Below, piece by piece: positions 39,368 through 53,695 of a stretch of DNA of 64,000 nt. Every line of letters begins with the position of its first letter. Position 1 is the first letter of the stretch. Source of the DNA: Eledone cirrhosa (Eukaryota); contig OZ024740.1 of the NCBI GenBank assembly GCA_964016885.1, positions 207,452,001-207,516,000 of the forward strand. The letters run 5' to 3'. The position numbers and the translations under genes are program-made. The notes beneath the pieces are model-generated. The model had not been told where the DNA came from, searched no databases, and saw nothing but the letters and a program-made list of their open reading frames with translations.

Positions 39368-39691
39368 TTATACCCTTTATTATTTCCTTACCTTATAAAA
39401 TTATGTTTTTTCACAAAAAAGTATTCTGTCTCTTATATATTCCATGTGCCATTACCAACCTCAATTTTCTCTCTCTATATATATATATAGTTGTTATATA
39501 GTAAGGTGTATTATTGGTTGTGTCAAACGGTCCAATACATTTTTGTTAGCAATATTTAGTTCTCCACGCTTATATCTCCAATCCACGTATATCTCCAATT
39601 CCATTTATGTGAACAGCTAGATGATGTAAAATGGAGTATTTGTATCAAAATAAAGATCCGAAGGCATGGTATAAATTTCCAATCATTTTAA

Positions 39692-39765
39692 TCACCACAC
39701 ATGTTTCAATAAGAGATAGCTCGATTGTGTAGCCATGATCGATCATCACTGATCTCGTCAGGTGA
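39692..39765 (-). ncRNA. Hammerhead motif with non-cleavable GUG site
   Basis: Reverse complement tcac-CUGACGA-long stem II-GAAA-catgtg-UG-gtga; stem I intact, position 17 is G. Confidence 0.65.
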
Positions 39766-39898
39766 AAATGAATTGTCTTCAAATCCTTGATATGAGGGAG
39801 AAAATTAACGATGTTCACTCACATATGAGGGACTAAACTCTGTGAGTGAACATCGTTAATTTTCTCCCTCATATCAAGGATTTGAAGACAATTCATTT

Positions 39899-39970
39899 TC
39901 ACCTGACGAGATCAGTGATAATCGATCATGGCTACACGATCGATATATCTCTTATTGAAACATGTGTCGT
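39899..39970 (+). ncRNA. Hammerhead motif with GUC site and shortened stem I
   Basis: tcac-CUGACGA-gatcagtgataatcgatc...gatcgatatatctcttatt-GAAA-catgtg-UC-gt; site at 39968. Confidence 0.7.
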
Positions 39971-40526
39971 TGTTTGGCCAGGTCTATGTTAGGTAGTGTT
40001 GCAGGTAGTTATCTTTTCATGAGACTTCAAGTGATTAACAATACCACTCATTGAGAGGGGTACACGCTGATAGAAATTGCATGTCCAACTACTGATGACG
40101 TCATCAAGACTGTGAGCACAGCCCTTACTGAGCTGAGACTTCAGTTGTTTATGTTCTACACAACATTTCTCAAAAGTTTTTTTATATACATACGCACATA
40201 CATGCATATATACAGACATACACACACACATACACACACACACACATATATATATGGTAGCTGCCAACTCGTTTTCGAGTACGGCCACTACTTTATATCC
40301 ATGTAGGAGAACTGATGCGCTGAACGAGTGTGACTTTTTAGTCCAGTCAGCGACTTGAAAACTCTGGTACAAACACTACACTTGTGACGATTATTGACAC
40401 ACAGTGCTGGGCCCATGGTACCATGTGACGACAAGTGCAGAGAGATCTCCAGATATAGAGCAATGCCTGTGTCGTGAAGCTTTTATAGTGAGCAAAGGCA
40501 CTGCACAAAGCCAGTCCCACTCTCTT

Positions 40527-40980
<454 letters not shown>

Positions 40981-40984
40981 AATA

Positions 40985-41164
<180 letters not shown>

Positions 41165-41214
41165 ATAACTGTCTGAAATTTCTCATGGTCCGCAGACATG
41201 CGTATAGGTAGGTG

Positions 41215-41712
41215 TATTTATATGTGTGTGTGCATGAGTATGTGTCAGTATGTATATGTATGTGTGCATGTGTATGTGTATGCGTATGCATATGTATGTG
41301 TATTTGTTTGTTTGTGTATGTGTGTATATGTATATATGTATATATATGTGTATGTATATTTGTTTGTTTGTGTGTATATATATGTATATGTATGTGTATG
41401 TATATTTGTTTCTGTATGTGTATATATATGTGTATATGTATACGTATGTGTATGTATATTTGTTTCTGTATGTAGTATATATATGTGTATATGTATATGT
41501 ATGTGTATGTATATTTATTTGTGTATGTGTATATATGTGTATATGTATGTGTATGTATATTTGTTTGTGTATGTGTATATATGTGTATATGTAAATGTAT
41601 GTGTATGTATATTTGTTTGTGTATGTGTATATATGTGTATATGTATATGTATGTGTATGTATATTTGTTTGTGTATGTGTATATATGGGTATATGTTATA
41701 TGTATGTGTATG
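41215..41712. repeat. TG/TA-rich degenerate tandem repeat
   Basis: Recurring gtatgtgtatgtatatttgtttgt units. Confidence 0.8.
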
Positions 41713-41972
41713 TTATTGATTACGCCTTCTTTCCAATTTCAATTTCTTCGTATTTTCTAAAAAGGCCTCTACGATTCGTTTGGAACAACAGATTTCCTAC
41801 ATCCGTCATGTTAAAGTTTCCAGAGTCTCGCGGTCTCATCATCAGAAGTTTTGTTGGTTTACTTTTACTGCCTCACTTATTATGGGTGTATGTATTTTAT
41901 AAAGTTCTTACTTCGCCATCAATTTGGTTTTCATACCGGAATTTGAACCAGAAAACTTGACCGATTTATGTC

Positions 41973-42283
41973 CAGGGCTGGATTTAGACCTTGGGGGCCC
42001 AGGGCACATCACATTTGGAGGAATCCTCATACACAAAAAATTAGAATACACAGCAAAACCCCCAATTTTACATATCAAAGTTATCTTGGCAAAAAATAAT
42101 TGGAATTGAAAAGTTATACATACAGGTATTACATAAAAAAAATTCTAACCATCCTAAAACTAAAAAGTTCAGCCGAGCGCACAAATAAATTGCTACGGTC
42201 GTCGTTCGTGGGGTCCCTCACAGCAGGGGGGCACGGAGAAATTGCCCCCTTTTCCCCTGCTACCACCATTAAATCCGGCATTG
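41973..42283. mobile_element. hAT-type MITE (family A)
   Basis: TIR cagggctggattta / taaatccggcattg; TSD degenerate. Confidence 0.8.
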
Positions 42284-42667
42284 TATACGCCAGGTGTTCA
42301 GGTCATATATATGTTGCTCATGTGATTGGCACCATATTGCAACATTAGTATCGATTTCATGATTAAGCGCCTATGTTCAGGAATCTGTATAATACATATG
42401 TATTGTTTGTTAAGGTTTTCCTATCCCTCTTTGTTTTGTGGCATGTTAGGTAATATGTTAAAGCTGCTGCTTGTTGTATAAGCATGGCGAACCTTGACAA
42501 AATGTTGTACTTGTATGGTTAATGTAACAATTAGTTTTATGAAATTTCTAACTTATATTTTTGCAGTGGAATCCGTAAATCACATTGGTTGGTTGTAAAT
42601 TATTTTCGAATTTGCATACTTATTAATATGAAAGTTTGTGATTAAAAAAAATATACATTGTAGTATA

Positions 42668-42852
42668 TTGGTTAGAAAACATCCATGGTCTCGGCTTGTC
42701 CTGCTTGGGGATCAATTGGAGTCGGTTGCTTCTGACAGGATCTGCTGGAAAGTGCATTTGAGGACTCTGCTACGATCCTGACAGGAATGACTGGGCGAAG
42801 AAGTAGTAGTAGTAGTAGTAGTAGTAGCAGCAGCAGCACCAGTAGCAGTAGC

Positions 42853-42919
<67 letters not shown>

Positions 42920-43025
42920 ATGGTGGTAGTAGTAGTAGTAGTAGTAGTAGCAGCAGCAGCACCAGTAGCAGTAGCAATAGTAGTAGTAGTAGTAGTAGTA
43001 GTGATGGTGGTAGTAGTAGTAGTAC

Positions 43026-43123
<98 letters not shown>

Positions 43124-43125
43124 TA
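42668..43125 (+). mobile_element. RTE LINE 3' end with expanded (AGT)n/(ATT)n tail
   Basis: catccatggtctcggcttgtcctgcttggggatc..ggttgcttctgacagga is homologous to 5480-5575 (minus). Confidence 0.65.
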
Positions 43126-43257
43126 TAGTTACTACTTACTGATGGTTTGGTGTGATGTCTTTTGTTAGGTTTCATGAGATCTTTGATTATGTGTTCATCT
43201 ATGCTGTAGTTTGAATGCATTTGATTCATATAATATACACAAACTACACATAAAGTA

Positions 43258-43673
43258 TACACACACACACACAACACACATCACACAACACACACAACAC
43301 ACATCACACAACACACACAACACACAACACACAACGCACACAACACACAACACAGACAACACACACAACACACACACAACACACATCACAACGCACAGCA
43401 CACATCACACAACACAGACAACACACACAACACACACACAACACACATCACAACGCACAGCACACATCACACAACACACACACATCACACAACACACAAC
43501 ACAGCACACAATACACATCACACAACACACAGCATACGACACGCAACACAGCACAGCACACAACACACACAACACAACATGCAACGCACAACACACAACA
43601 CACAACACAACACACAACACACAACACACAACACAACACACAACACACACAACACACAACACACAACACACAA
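43258..43673. repeat. (CA)/(CAACA) compound microsatellite
   Basis: Direct reading. Confidence 0.9.
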
Positions 43674-44013
43674 TATGTTTGTATATATCAATGCTATTCA
43701 GTTGAGAAGAAAAATCAGTATATTTTAATAGTGTTCAGTTAAAAATACTGTTGTGTGTAGTTATATATATATAAAAAACTTTTAGTGTAGTTATATATAA
43801 AGACCTTAAGTAACAACATTTTACTGCTTTAGTAAAGGCAGTACAATAGAAAAAACAGGGTGTGATAACAAAAGAATTTCAGCCACGATCTTAAATAGTT
43901 TTTTACGTGGTAGAATATCTGGCAGACATATTTTTTTTCAATCATAGGCGACTAGTTTGTGAGATAAAATATTTACATTTTATAATTAATAAATGTATGA
44001 AACGTCACAGTAT

Positions 44014-44047
<34 letters not shown>

Positions 44048-44224
44048 ATATAAAAGTATGTATACGTACATACATATATGTGTACAGACGCGCACAGTAG
44101 TATGTATATATATATATACATGCACACATATATATATATATATGTACGTATGGGTTTACCGAACATTCATTATAATGTTCGGTTTGTTTGTAAACAAACA
44201 GCCCGAATTACGCCGTACAGTGCA

Positions 44225-45575
44225 CCGCCACCAACACCACCATTAGCAACAGTTGCCCACCACCGCCACCACCAACACCACCATCAACAATTCCCCACCA
44301 CCACCACCAACACCACTATCAGTAACAGTTGCCCACCACCGCCACCACCAACACCACCATCAGCAACAGTTCCCCACCACCACCAACACCACCATCAATA
44401 ACAGTTGCCCACCACCGCCTCCACCAACACCATCATCAACAATTCCCCACCACCACCAACACCACCATCAGCAACAGTTCCCCACCACCAGCAACACCAC
44501 CATCAGCAACAGTTCCCCACCACCAGCAACACCACCATCAGCGACAGTTCCCCACCACCACCAACACCACCATCAGCAACAGTTCCCCACCACCACCAAT
44601 ACCACCATCAGCAACAGTTCCCCACCACCAGCAACACCACCATCAGCAACAGTTCCCCACCACCAGCAACACCACCATCAGCAACAGTTCCCCACCACCA
44701 GCAACACCACCATCAGCAACAGTTCCCCACCACCACCAACACCACCATCAGCAACAGTTCCCCACCAGCACCAACACAACCATCAGCAACAGTTCCCCAC
44801 CACCAGCAACACCACCATCAGCAACAGTTCCCCACCACCACCAACACCACCATCAGCAACAGTTCCCCACCACCACCAATACCACCATCAGCAACAGTTC
44901 CCCACCACCACCAATACCACCATCAGCAACAGTTCCCCACCACCACCAACACCACCATCAGCAACAGTTCCCCACCACCAGCAACACCACCATCAGCAAC
45001 AGTTCCCCACCACCAGCAACACCACCATCAGCAACAGTTCCCCACCACCAGCAACACCACCATCAGCAACAGTTCCCCACCACCACCAATACCACCATCA
45101 GCAACAGTTCCCCACCACCAGCAACACCACCATCAGCAACAGTTCCCCACCACCAGCAACACCACCATCAGCAACAGTTCCCCACCACCACCAACACCAC
45201 CATCAGCAACAGTTCCCCACCACCACCAACACCACCATCAGCAACAGTTCCCCACCACCACCAACACCACCATCAGCGACAGTTCCCCACCACCACCAAC
45301 ACCACCATCAGCAACAGTTCCCCACCACCACCACCAACACCACCATTAGCAACAGTTTCCCAACACCACCACCACCATCAACAACAATTGCCCACCACCA
45401 TCAGTAACAGTTGCCCACCAACACCAACACCACGATCAACAACAGTTGCCCACCACCACCACCAACACTACCATCAGCAACAGTTCCCCACCACCAGCAA
45501 CAGTTCCCCAACACCACCACTACCATCAACAACAGTTGCCCACCACCACCATCAGCATCAGTTCCCCACCACCAT
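44225..45575. repeat. 35-bp C/A-rich minisatellite
   Basis: Unit gcaacagttccccaccacca(g/c)caacaccaccatca; all three plus frames are open with the same peptide, as expected for a stop-free 35-bp unit. Confidence 0.95.
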
Positions 45576-46068
45576 AGCTATCAACCCCCTTCATCATCTA
45601 CATATCAGTCAGTGTTACAAGGGTTTAAACTATAAATAAGATTATCCCCTTACAGATAACATCTCCCTGTTGTCTCCGCATCAATCATTTAACCCCCTCC
45701 TAAACCAATATTTTAATCCTCAAATATATATCCCCTTATCAAAGCTATAAAACCCTGATAATCTGTCTTATATTAGTATTCAAACATTTTAATTCTTCAT
45801 TTTATTAAATATTTTGTTTTTCAAATCCGGAGATGACAAATATTTACACATCCAGGGATTTATTTAAGGGATTTCTCAGTAAAGGGATTTCATTTTCAAT
45901 ACTTAATAATAATAATGATAATAATTAAGATGATGATTATAATATTGATAATAATAATGGGTTTAATAATTGTGGCATACAGAGGTGAGAAAAATTAAAT
46001 AAGTCCATGTTAATTATAATAATAATAATAATGAGGATGATGGGAATGATGAAGATGATGATGGTGAT

Positions 46069-46151
<83 letters not shown>

Positions 46152-46400
46152 TTTCTTTATTAACCACAATGGTTTACATAAAGTAGACATTAAGGACAGT
46201 GCAGGACAATACAGGACGGTACAAATGGGCATTTCTGCGTGTAAAAAACAAAAACAGAGGATGTAACAAACAAATAACAATGAAAGATTCCTCAATAGGG
46301 GGGAGACTTCCGAGGGACATTTGTGGAGAAGGCCCATTAAAAGGCCACAGTGAGCCTGACCACCAGGGCAAGTGCCCTCTCCCAGTTTTCCACCTTTAAT

Positions 46401-49400
46401 TTACAGACACATACTCAGAGTAGGCCCATTCACTCGGGCCATACTTGCTTCTCTCACCCATCTTTCAACAAAATGTTGGGAAGAGAGCACTTCCCTCTCT
46501 ACCCTGATTTTCCTTTTCAAATGAAATTTGAAAAAGTTAATCAGGGCATCACCGAAGAGGTATGTGCTCGTCTTCAGCCCTTTCAAACGTTTCCACCATA
46601 CTATCTCTTTCGCCATGGCCACCAGACATAAAAACTGCCTGCCCTTCCCGGCTAAAGGGAGAGAGCGGGGCAATCCTCACGATGGACTCAGCTGATAGCT
46701 GGATCCGGCCTACACGTGACAGCAGGTGTTCGACATAAACCCACAAGTCAGTAATGCTCGGACGCTGGACGAGTGCGTGCAGGACGGTTTCGTCGCCCTG
46801 CGCGCATCTTGGACATGCCCGTCTGACGGCACCTCCATGCCTGTAGAGTTTATCCCGAACTGACAAAGCTCCTCGGTAGCACTGCCAGGCCAGGGATTTC
46901 TGGAAGTTGTCCATAGGCCTCGGCCCGAAAGTCCTTCCGAAGAGATTGGCTAGTTGATTTTCGTCGACGTCTAGAGTTTCTCCAAGTACGTCGTCGCTCT
47001 TCACCTCCACTAATCCTCTATAGAACGCCAAGGTGGAGTTTCCACCGATCACATTGCCCGATTGGTCGAGGGCTGTGAGCGCCTGAAGACATTCCAGTCT
47101 CCAAGCGTTCCCTCTCGGTCTTCGCTTGACTCAGGACTGCAGCTCCGTCAAGGAGACGAGCTGGGGAAAGACGTGTGTAGCAAACGGCGACCACACCTGA
47201 TCACCGTCGAGGAAGAGGTGGAGATGTCGTAGCCTGCGCGCGTGTCTGCGCATCATCAGCCACGGCAAGCCTAGCCCTCCACGTAGCGGGTGTTGACAGC
47301 AGATGGACCGCCTGACCATCGGAGCGCGTCCCTTCCACAAAAAGCGAAAGAGCAAACGCTCCAGCGCAGTCAGGCGGGGCTTAGGACAAGGTACGACGGT
47401 CAGGCGGTAGTAGATGATGGACGCGATGTACGCGTTAGCCACCTCCGCTCGACCTTTCAGGAATAGCTTCCTCTCCGCCCATTTCTGGGTGAGAGAAGCC
47501 ACCCTGCTCGTCACCTCGTCCCAGTTTTTGTCCGTCTGGAGGTCCGGACCGAACCAGACCCCTTGCAATTTAACCGATCCGTCCGTCCAGCGCCCGACAA
47601 CGCTGTTTGACGGCATGGAATGCTTCTCCAGGTGCCGAGCTGCAGACCCACTGACTTTTCCTGGTTGATCATTGCTCCTGTCACCGCTTCGTATTCTCTT
47701 AGTGTAGTGCCGATCGCCTCGATGTGTTTGGCGTTCGACACCACTACGGTGAAATCGTCCGCATATGCTGACACGGATCTTCCGCATCCTAGTTCGCACG
47801 GGACCCCCCTCAACGTCTCCAGTTTGTGCAGTAATGGCTCGAGAGTCAATACCTACAAGAGGGACGAGAGGGAACTTCCTTGGCGGACCGAGCGCATGAT
47901 GTTGAACGGTTCCGAAAGGTGACCGTTCACTCTCACCACAGAGCAGATGTCGCTGTGCATGGCAACGATCCAGCCTCTAAAGACGGGCTCAAAGCCAGCC
48001 GCCCTCAGGACTGCCGCTAGGTAACGATGGTCGAACCTATCGAAAGCTTTCGACTGATCTAAATTGATCAAGGCCCCACCCGTGCCAGGTTCCCTAGCTA
48101 CCCTCTCTACGATGTATCGCATGAGGTGGAGGTTGTCGTGGATGGATCTGTCGGGAATGGCGCATGTCTGCGCCTCTCCCACCAGACCACCAACGACAAG
48201 CGCCAACCTCTTTGCTAGCACCTTGGCCAAAATCTTGAACTCTGTGTTTAGCAGAGTTATGGGCCTGAAACTATCTATGTTATCCCCCTTGTTCGGATCC
48301 TTTCTCAGCAGCGCCACAGCTCCTCGGCTCACAGAGCTGGGAATTCTCCCGTTCTGTTGCCAGTTGCAGTAGACGTCCGCCAAGAGGCCTCCGAACAAGT
48401 CTGGCATCTGTACGTAAAGTTCATAGGGCAGACCATCCAAACCAGGCGATTTACCTCTTGTGCAGCCAGTCATTGCCTCCCGTACTTCAGCGGCTGTTAT
48501 CGGCTTTTCGCAACACTCCGCCTCAGTGGCCGAGAACTGCGGCAGTCCGTCGAGGTAGACACTAAAGTCCATCCCTCGATCTGGCCCGCCGCTGCCCCAG
48601 AACAGCTGTGCGAAGTGTCGCTGAAAAGCTTCACACATTTTCCCGGGATCGAGTAGCATGCGCCCGACGTGGACCACCAAAGACCGGATCGTAGCTTTGT
48701 TGCCACGACGCGCCTCCGCCACTCGGGCCCATTGAACGGCTTTCGTCCCCTCGTGTCTGAGAGCACGCACCCTAGCTCTGACAACGCAGCCTTCGTGCTT
48801 TGCATTGAAGAATTGGTCAAGGGCCAATTTCGCCGCAAGTACGTCGGTCGCGATGCCTTTGCTAAGCGCCTCGTCTAATTTTCTAACTAGTTCTCCCTCT
48901 ACTGTATTTTTCTCTATTGCTAAAGCCTTACTAAACTTAATGAACTCTATTCTAATCGCTCTTTTCAAAGCAAACCACCACTTGTTGTTGACGATGGCCC
49001 CCGTCAACTCCCGCTTAACTAGTTCGCTAATCCGGTCTCTGTAGGCCTTGCGCGCTGGTAAGGACGCGTTTAGCTTCCAGTAGCCGGGTCCTCGTCTATG
49101 AAGCCTATCTAAGTCAAGCACACAGATCACGAATTTGTGGTCCGTGTAGCTGACTATCTTGAATTGTGGACAGCCTATGCTAGACCTATCTATTTCCCTA
49201 CAAAATACTCTATCTAGATATGATCTGGATGACACTATGCGATTTGTCCAAGTCCACATTGGCACAATCGGGAAATCCAATCGGTACCTGTCAGACAGTT
49301 CAAAACGCCTGAGCAGGTTGGCGAGGTTCTTGCACCCTCCTCCCCTATCCGCTAATCCCACACAGTCCCAGTGTGCATCTAAGATCCCGTTCCAGTCGCC

Positions 49401-49817
49401 CACTAACACTAAAAAGCGGGACGTTCCAAGAAATGTCTCCAGACGCCGGAAGAAATCAGGCCGCCTTGCTCCTGTCGGGGCATAGACGGCCACTAGCCTG
49501 AAAGCTTGCCCGACTCCGCTGGTCACGTCCAGCACCACCAACTTACCTTCTGGGTCCAGGAAGATGGCCCGTATGGCGAGATCCAAACCTCTCCGAAAAA
49601 GCACAGCAATTCCTCACCCCGATCCAGGACGGCTGGGAGATGCGTACACATCGTAGCCGCTGAAGATCGGTGCGAAGGCCCGTGCTTCGGAGATTCTGGT
49701 CTCGCTGATGGCCACTACATCTATGTTTAGTGACCTGAGGTCGTTGAGCAGGTGGCCCTGCTTCCATGACGACCCCAAGCCACGCGCATTTATGCTGCCT
49801 ATTCTGAGTGAGGTCAT
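46401..49817 (-). pseudogene. L1/Tx1 ORF2 (AP endonuclease plus RT plus CCHC), frameshifted
   Basis: GSINARGL, VAISET, LVGDWN, YLDRVF, YTDH, GYWKLN, KSPGLDGL, RPITLLN, LDQSKAFD, VRQGSSLS, AYADD, CPRC...ET..H. Confidence 0.95.
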
Positions 49818-49851
49818 GTTGAAATGAAGTGGAAAAGATGAGAAATACCAC

Positions 49852-51633
49852 TTACCTTACTTCTCGTAGAGGAAGGATGGTTTGTCCATCCTTTTCACTG
49901 CTTGTGGCCTCCTCCGGAAGGATGTCCTTATAAATCCTCCTGGAGAGTGCTTGTCGGAAGTCTCCGATGTTTTGGGGGAATTTTTGTTTTAGTGTCGTGT
50001 ACGTTTTCTGTGTGATGCGACTGATTTGTATGTGTGGAGGTGGTGTGAACTTTTGGGTTGTTGTGTAGTCTTTTTCTGTGATGCTGGTGTTGTGTTGGAT
50101 GTAGTGTAATAATTGGTTGTTGTTCAAATTTAATGCTGTGTAGTGTGTATCGTTTTGGTTGTTTTGTTTTGTTTGCGTTTGTTCTGGGTTTGTTTCTGTT
50201 TCGCTTTTTGGTGACTTTTGTGGTGTTGGTGATGGTGTTGGTGTTTGTGGTGATGGGGTTGGTATTGATGGTAGCATATCTGTCCTAACTTTTTTGTTTG
50301 ATAGTTTATTTGTTTCCCTCTGTATTTTGTTTTTGGAGGGGGAGGGAAGAGAATTTTTTCTTTTTTGGTTTCTTTTTTTCTTTTTTCCTGATACCGTTTC
50401 CCACTCCTCGTCGTCATAATCTGTCTCCAGTTGTGATAGGCCGGGGAGTGGAAAATCTTCCACAGGCGTTGGTTTTGGTTGTGGCGTGGTGGATGGTGTA
50501 GGTGCTGGTGTTAGTTCTGGCGCGTTGGGTGGTGGTGGTGTTGGTTTTGCTACTGTTGCTGGGGTTGTTGCTGTTACAGTTGCTTCTGTTGTTGCTGCTA
50601 CAGTTGTTGCTGCCATCTCTGCTGCTGGTGGTGTTGATGGTTGAGTCACTGGGGTGGGTAAGAGAGGTGGCCTCAACCTTTTAGCCTGAGGGCAGAAAGC
50701 CCTTAGGTGGGTTCCTTCACCACAAACGACACACCTAGGCCTTCTGCCCTCGACGATTACGGTGAGGTGGCTGCCTTCAGTGAGGTCTATTACCTCTGGG
50801 ATTTCGTCAATGCTTTTTTGGTCCGCTTGGATCAGGAGCTCCATCCCAAATCTGGACCAGTTCACCTGCTTTTCTTTCACTATTTCGATTATCTTGGTGT
50901 TGGCTTCGATGCCGGCGAGGACGGCAGCTATTAGTCAGTGAATTTCGATGGCCGGTGGAACGAGGGTCACCCTGATCGTCACGAGTCTCTGGCCACAATA
51001 GCTTGGGACGAGTGTGGGTTTTTTTGCCCACACATGTCCCAAAGCTTTTTGGATTTGGGACTCGGATGCCCGTTCCACTCGGCGTTAATCGTCCGATAAG
51101 ACACGGTGCATAGGCGCCGATGCTCCATTTTATTAGGTGTGTGGGGAGGGGAGGCTATCCCTGTACCCATCTTTCTTTACCATTTTTTTAGCTTCTTCTA
51201 ATTCCTCCTGAGTTACCTGGAATGCTTACCACTTTTTTGCTACTCTGGCAAAACTCAAGGTGGTTTTCTTAATTTCATTGTTGCTGTTGTTGTTATCGTT
51301 ATTTTTGTTATTGTTAATTTTAGTTTCAGTTGTGGTGGTGGTGGCGTCAGTGGTGTTCGGTGTGGAAGAGTTCATTTTGGTTGAATTCATTTCGATATCA
51401 CGAGTTAATTTATTTTTTTCTTTTGTTTCTGTTGTCGCTGTGGTGGTGGTGGGGGTGGCGGCTTTAACATCTGCAGTCATTGGTAATGGGGGAAAATGAA
51501 TGTCTACCTGAGACAAATTTAAAATATTGCTACTGCTTATTTTTTTAGTGTTGGCAAACGTAGTAATATTTATAATGGTGGTGTCGGTGTGAGGTGTTAG
51601 TTTGTGAGGAAGGTGTGACACTGAGTCGTCCAT
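49852..51633 (-). pseudogene. L1/Tx1 ORF1 (gag-like), frameshifted
   Basis: SFARVAK near the N-terminus; VIVEGRRPRCVVCGEGTHLRAFC (CX2CX4HX4C); P/T-rich linker; WETVSGKKKKR. Confidence 0.8.
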
Positions 51634-51847
51634 GATTTTTCAAAGAAAAATCTTTGTTTGATAATTATAAAAGTTTAAATTTTGGGCTCAAGGCCCCAAT
51701 CTTTTTGAGTGTCCTTTTCAGAAAACAATGTATGTGCACTTATATACAGTTAACAATAAAAATTTTCCATAAATGGCAATTTTAAACAACTGAAAATAAC
51801 AAACCTTTGCGGAGCTCACGATAATACGATTTACTACGTAGGTCGCC

Positions 51848-51927
<80 letters not shown>

Positions 51928-51930
<3 letters not shown>

Positions 51931-53695
51931 TATATGAATGATTTGAAGCTATATTGCAAAGATAATGACGAACTGGAAGGCCTTATGCGGACAGTAAGAA
52001 CGTTTAGCGATGACATCAGGATGGAGTTTGGAATTGACAAGTGTGCAAAAGCCACTTTCAAGAAGGGGAAGCTTGTCAACTCAGACTCAGTTGAATTGGA
52101 TGCTGAAACAATCATAAAGGAACTTGAGCAGGAACAAACGTATAAACACTTGGGGATTAATGAGGGCTCTGGCATACAGCAGGCAAGTATGAAAGAGAGG
52201 ATAAGGAAATAATGTTACAGGAGAGTACGTGCAGTTCTGAGATCAGAACTAAACGCTCGTAACAAGGTGCTAGCCATAAATTCCTTGGCAGTCCCAGTTG
52301 TCACTTATAGCTTCGGTGTGTTGAACTGGAATACGAGTGAAATCAAAAGAATCGACACCAAAATCCGTAAGCTACTGACCTGTAATAGGATGCACCACCC
52401 ATTAGCAGATGTGGATCGTCTTTACCTTCCTAGAACTCAAGGAGGCCGTGGCCTGATCCAATTTGAAATTGCTTACAAGACCACCATCATTGGACTGGCC
52501 AAATAGCTTGAAACAACTAACGACAGTATGCTGAAACTTGTTGAAAAGCATGAGAGAAGTAAGAAGCTTCATTCTATCTTGAAGGAGAGCAAAAAATATC
52601 CTACTGATCTCATGCTTGATACCCAGGCTCGACAGACTAAAGAAACTGTTGCAACTGATGCTGCTAGGCACATAAAATCACTGGCAAAAGCAAAAGGGCA
52701 AGGGCAATTAGCATCAAATTGGGAGCAGAAACCTCTGCATGGCAAATATGTGGCTCGTAGCATACAAGCTGATGTTGACCAAAAGCACACCCATCAGTGG
52801 CTACGTAGTTCATGGCTAAAGGCGGAGAGTGAAGGCTTCATCTTAGCCGCCCAAGATCAAAGCTTATTGACTCGTAATTACCAGGCCAATGTGATGAGAA
52901 ACGGAATAAACCCAAAGTGCCGATTCTGCAATGCTGGGGTTGAAACAGTGGATCACTTAGTCTCTGGATGTAAAGTTTTAGCACCAGTAGAATACAAATA
53001 TAGACATGACAGAGTTGGCCAATATCTACACTGGGTAATATGTCGGCATTACAAAATCAAAGCTGAAGACAAGTGGTACAATCATCACCCTGAGGCTGTA
53101 ACTGAAGGAGAAAAAGTAACAATTCTCTGGAACTTTCCTGTACATACTGACAGGACCATAAAACAAATAGACCTGACATTATTATAAAAGATCAACATAA
53201 CAAGGTCTGTTTGTTGATAGATATGAGCATCCCATGTGATCACAATATCGCGGCAAAAGAATTTGACAAGTTACGAAAATATAAAGATCTGCTTATTGAA
53301 ATTGAGAAAATGTGGCACCTCAAGGCCCTTACAATACCAGTGATTGTGGGAGGACTGGGAATGATCAAGAAAGGAACAGAACAATATTTGCGAATGATTC
53401 CTGGTTTACCCTCTCTGCACGAGGTGCAAAAAAATGTTTTGACTGGTACTGCACACGTATTGAGAAGAGCACTATCTCTGTAAGATTGATATCCCTCCTT
53501 GTATTTACATATGCATATGCACATGTGTATATATGTATACTGTTTGCTTTTTAATTATAATCAATGTGCTGTATTAACAGGCTTACCAATGCACATTGTG
53601 AATTTATTTGCCCTAGGTGTCAGGAAGACACTCGGCATATATCTCAGAAACAATAATGAAAGAAAATAAAAATAACAATAATAATAATAATAATA
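51928..53695 (+). mobile_element. 5'-truncated R4/Dong LINE in (TAA)n
   Basis: YMNDLKLY, MEFGIDKC, RLYLPRTQGGRGL, KPLHG, AAQDQ, CRFC..ETVDHLVSGC, RHD, LIDMSIP..K..KY; in-frame stops; (TAA)n on both sides. Confidence 0.93.

Larger units (their letters stand above)
38516..39478. mobile_element. Large double fold-back PLE-like cassette in (TA)n
   Basis: About 38548-38905 is the reverse complement of 39118-39472; apices tagctggccag at about 38910 and 39110. Confidence 0.9.
39692..39970. repeat. Fold-back cassette carrying twin hammerheads
   Basis: Arms about 39697-39823 and 39841-39967, with a loop of about 17 nt. Confidence 0.88.
46148..51847 (-). mobile_element. Near-full-length L1-clade (Tx1-like) retrotransposon between (TAA)n tracts
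   Basis: ORF1 with a zinc knuckle, ORF2 APE-RT; both ends abut (TAA)n; several frameshifts. Confidence 0.92.

Noticed and set aside
44253-45639. 314-436-aa Pro/Thr/His-rich ORFs as an extensin- or mucin-like gene
   Set aside because: All three frames give the same peptide from a 35-bp unit, the signature of a non-coding minisatellite.
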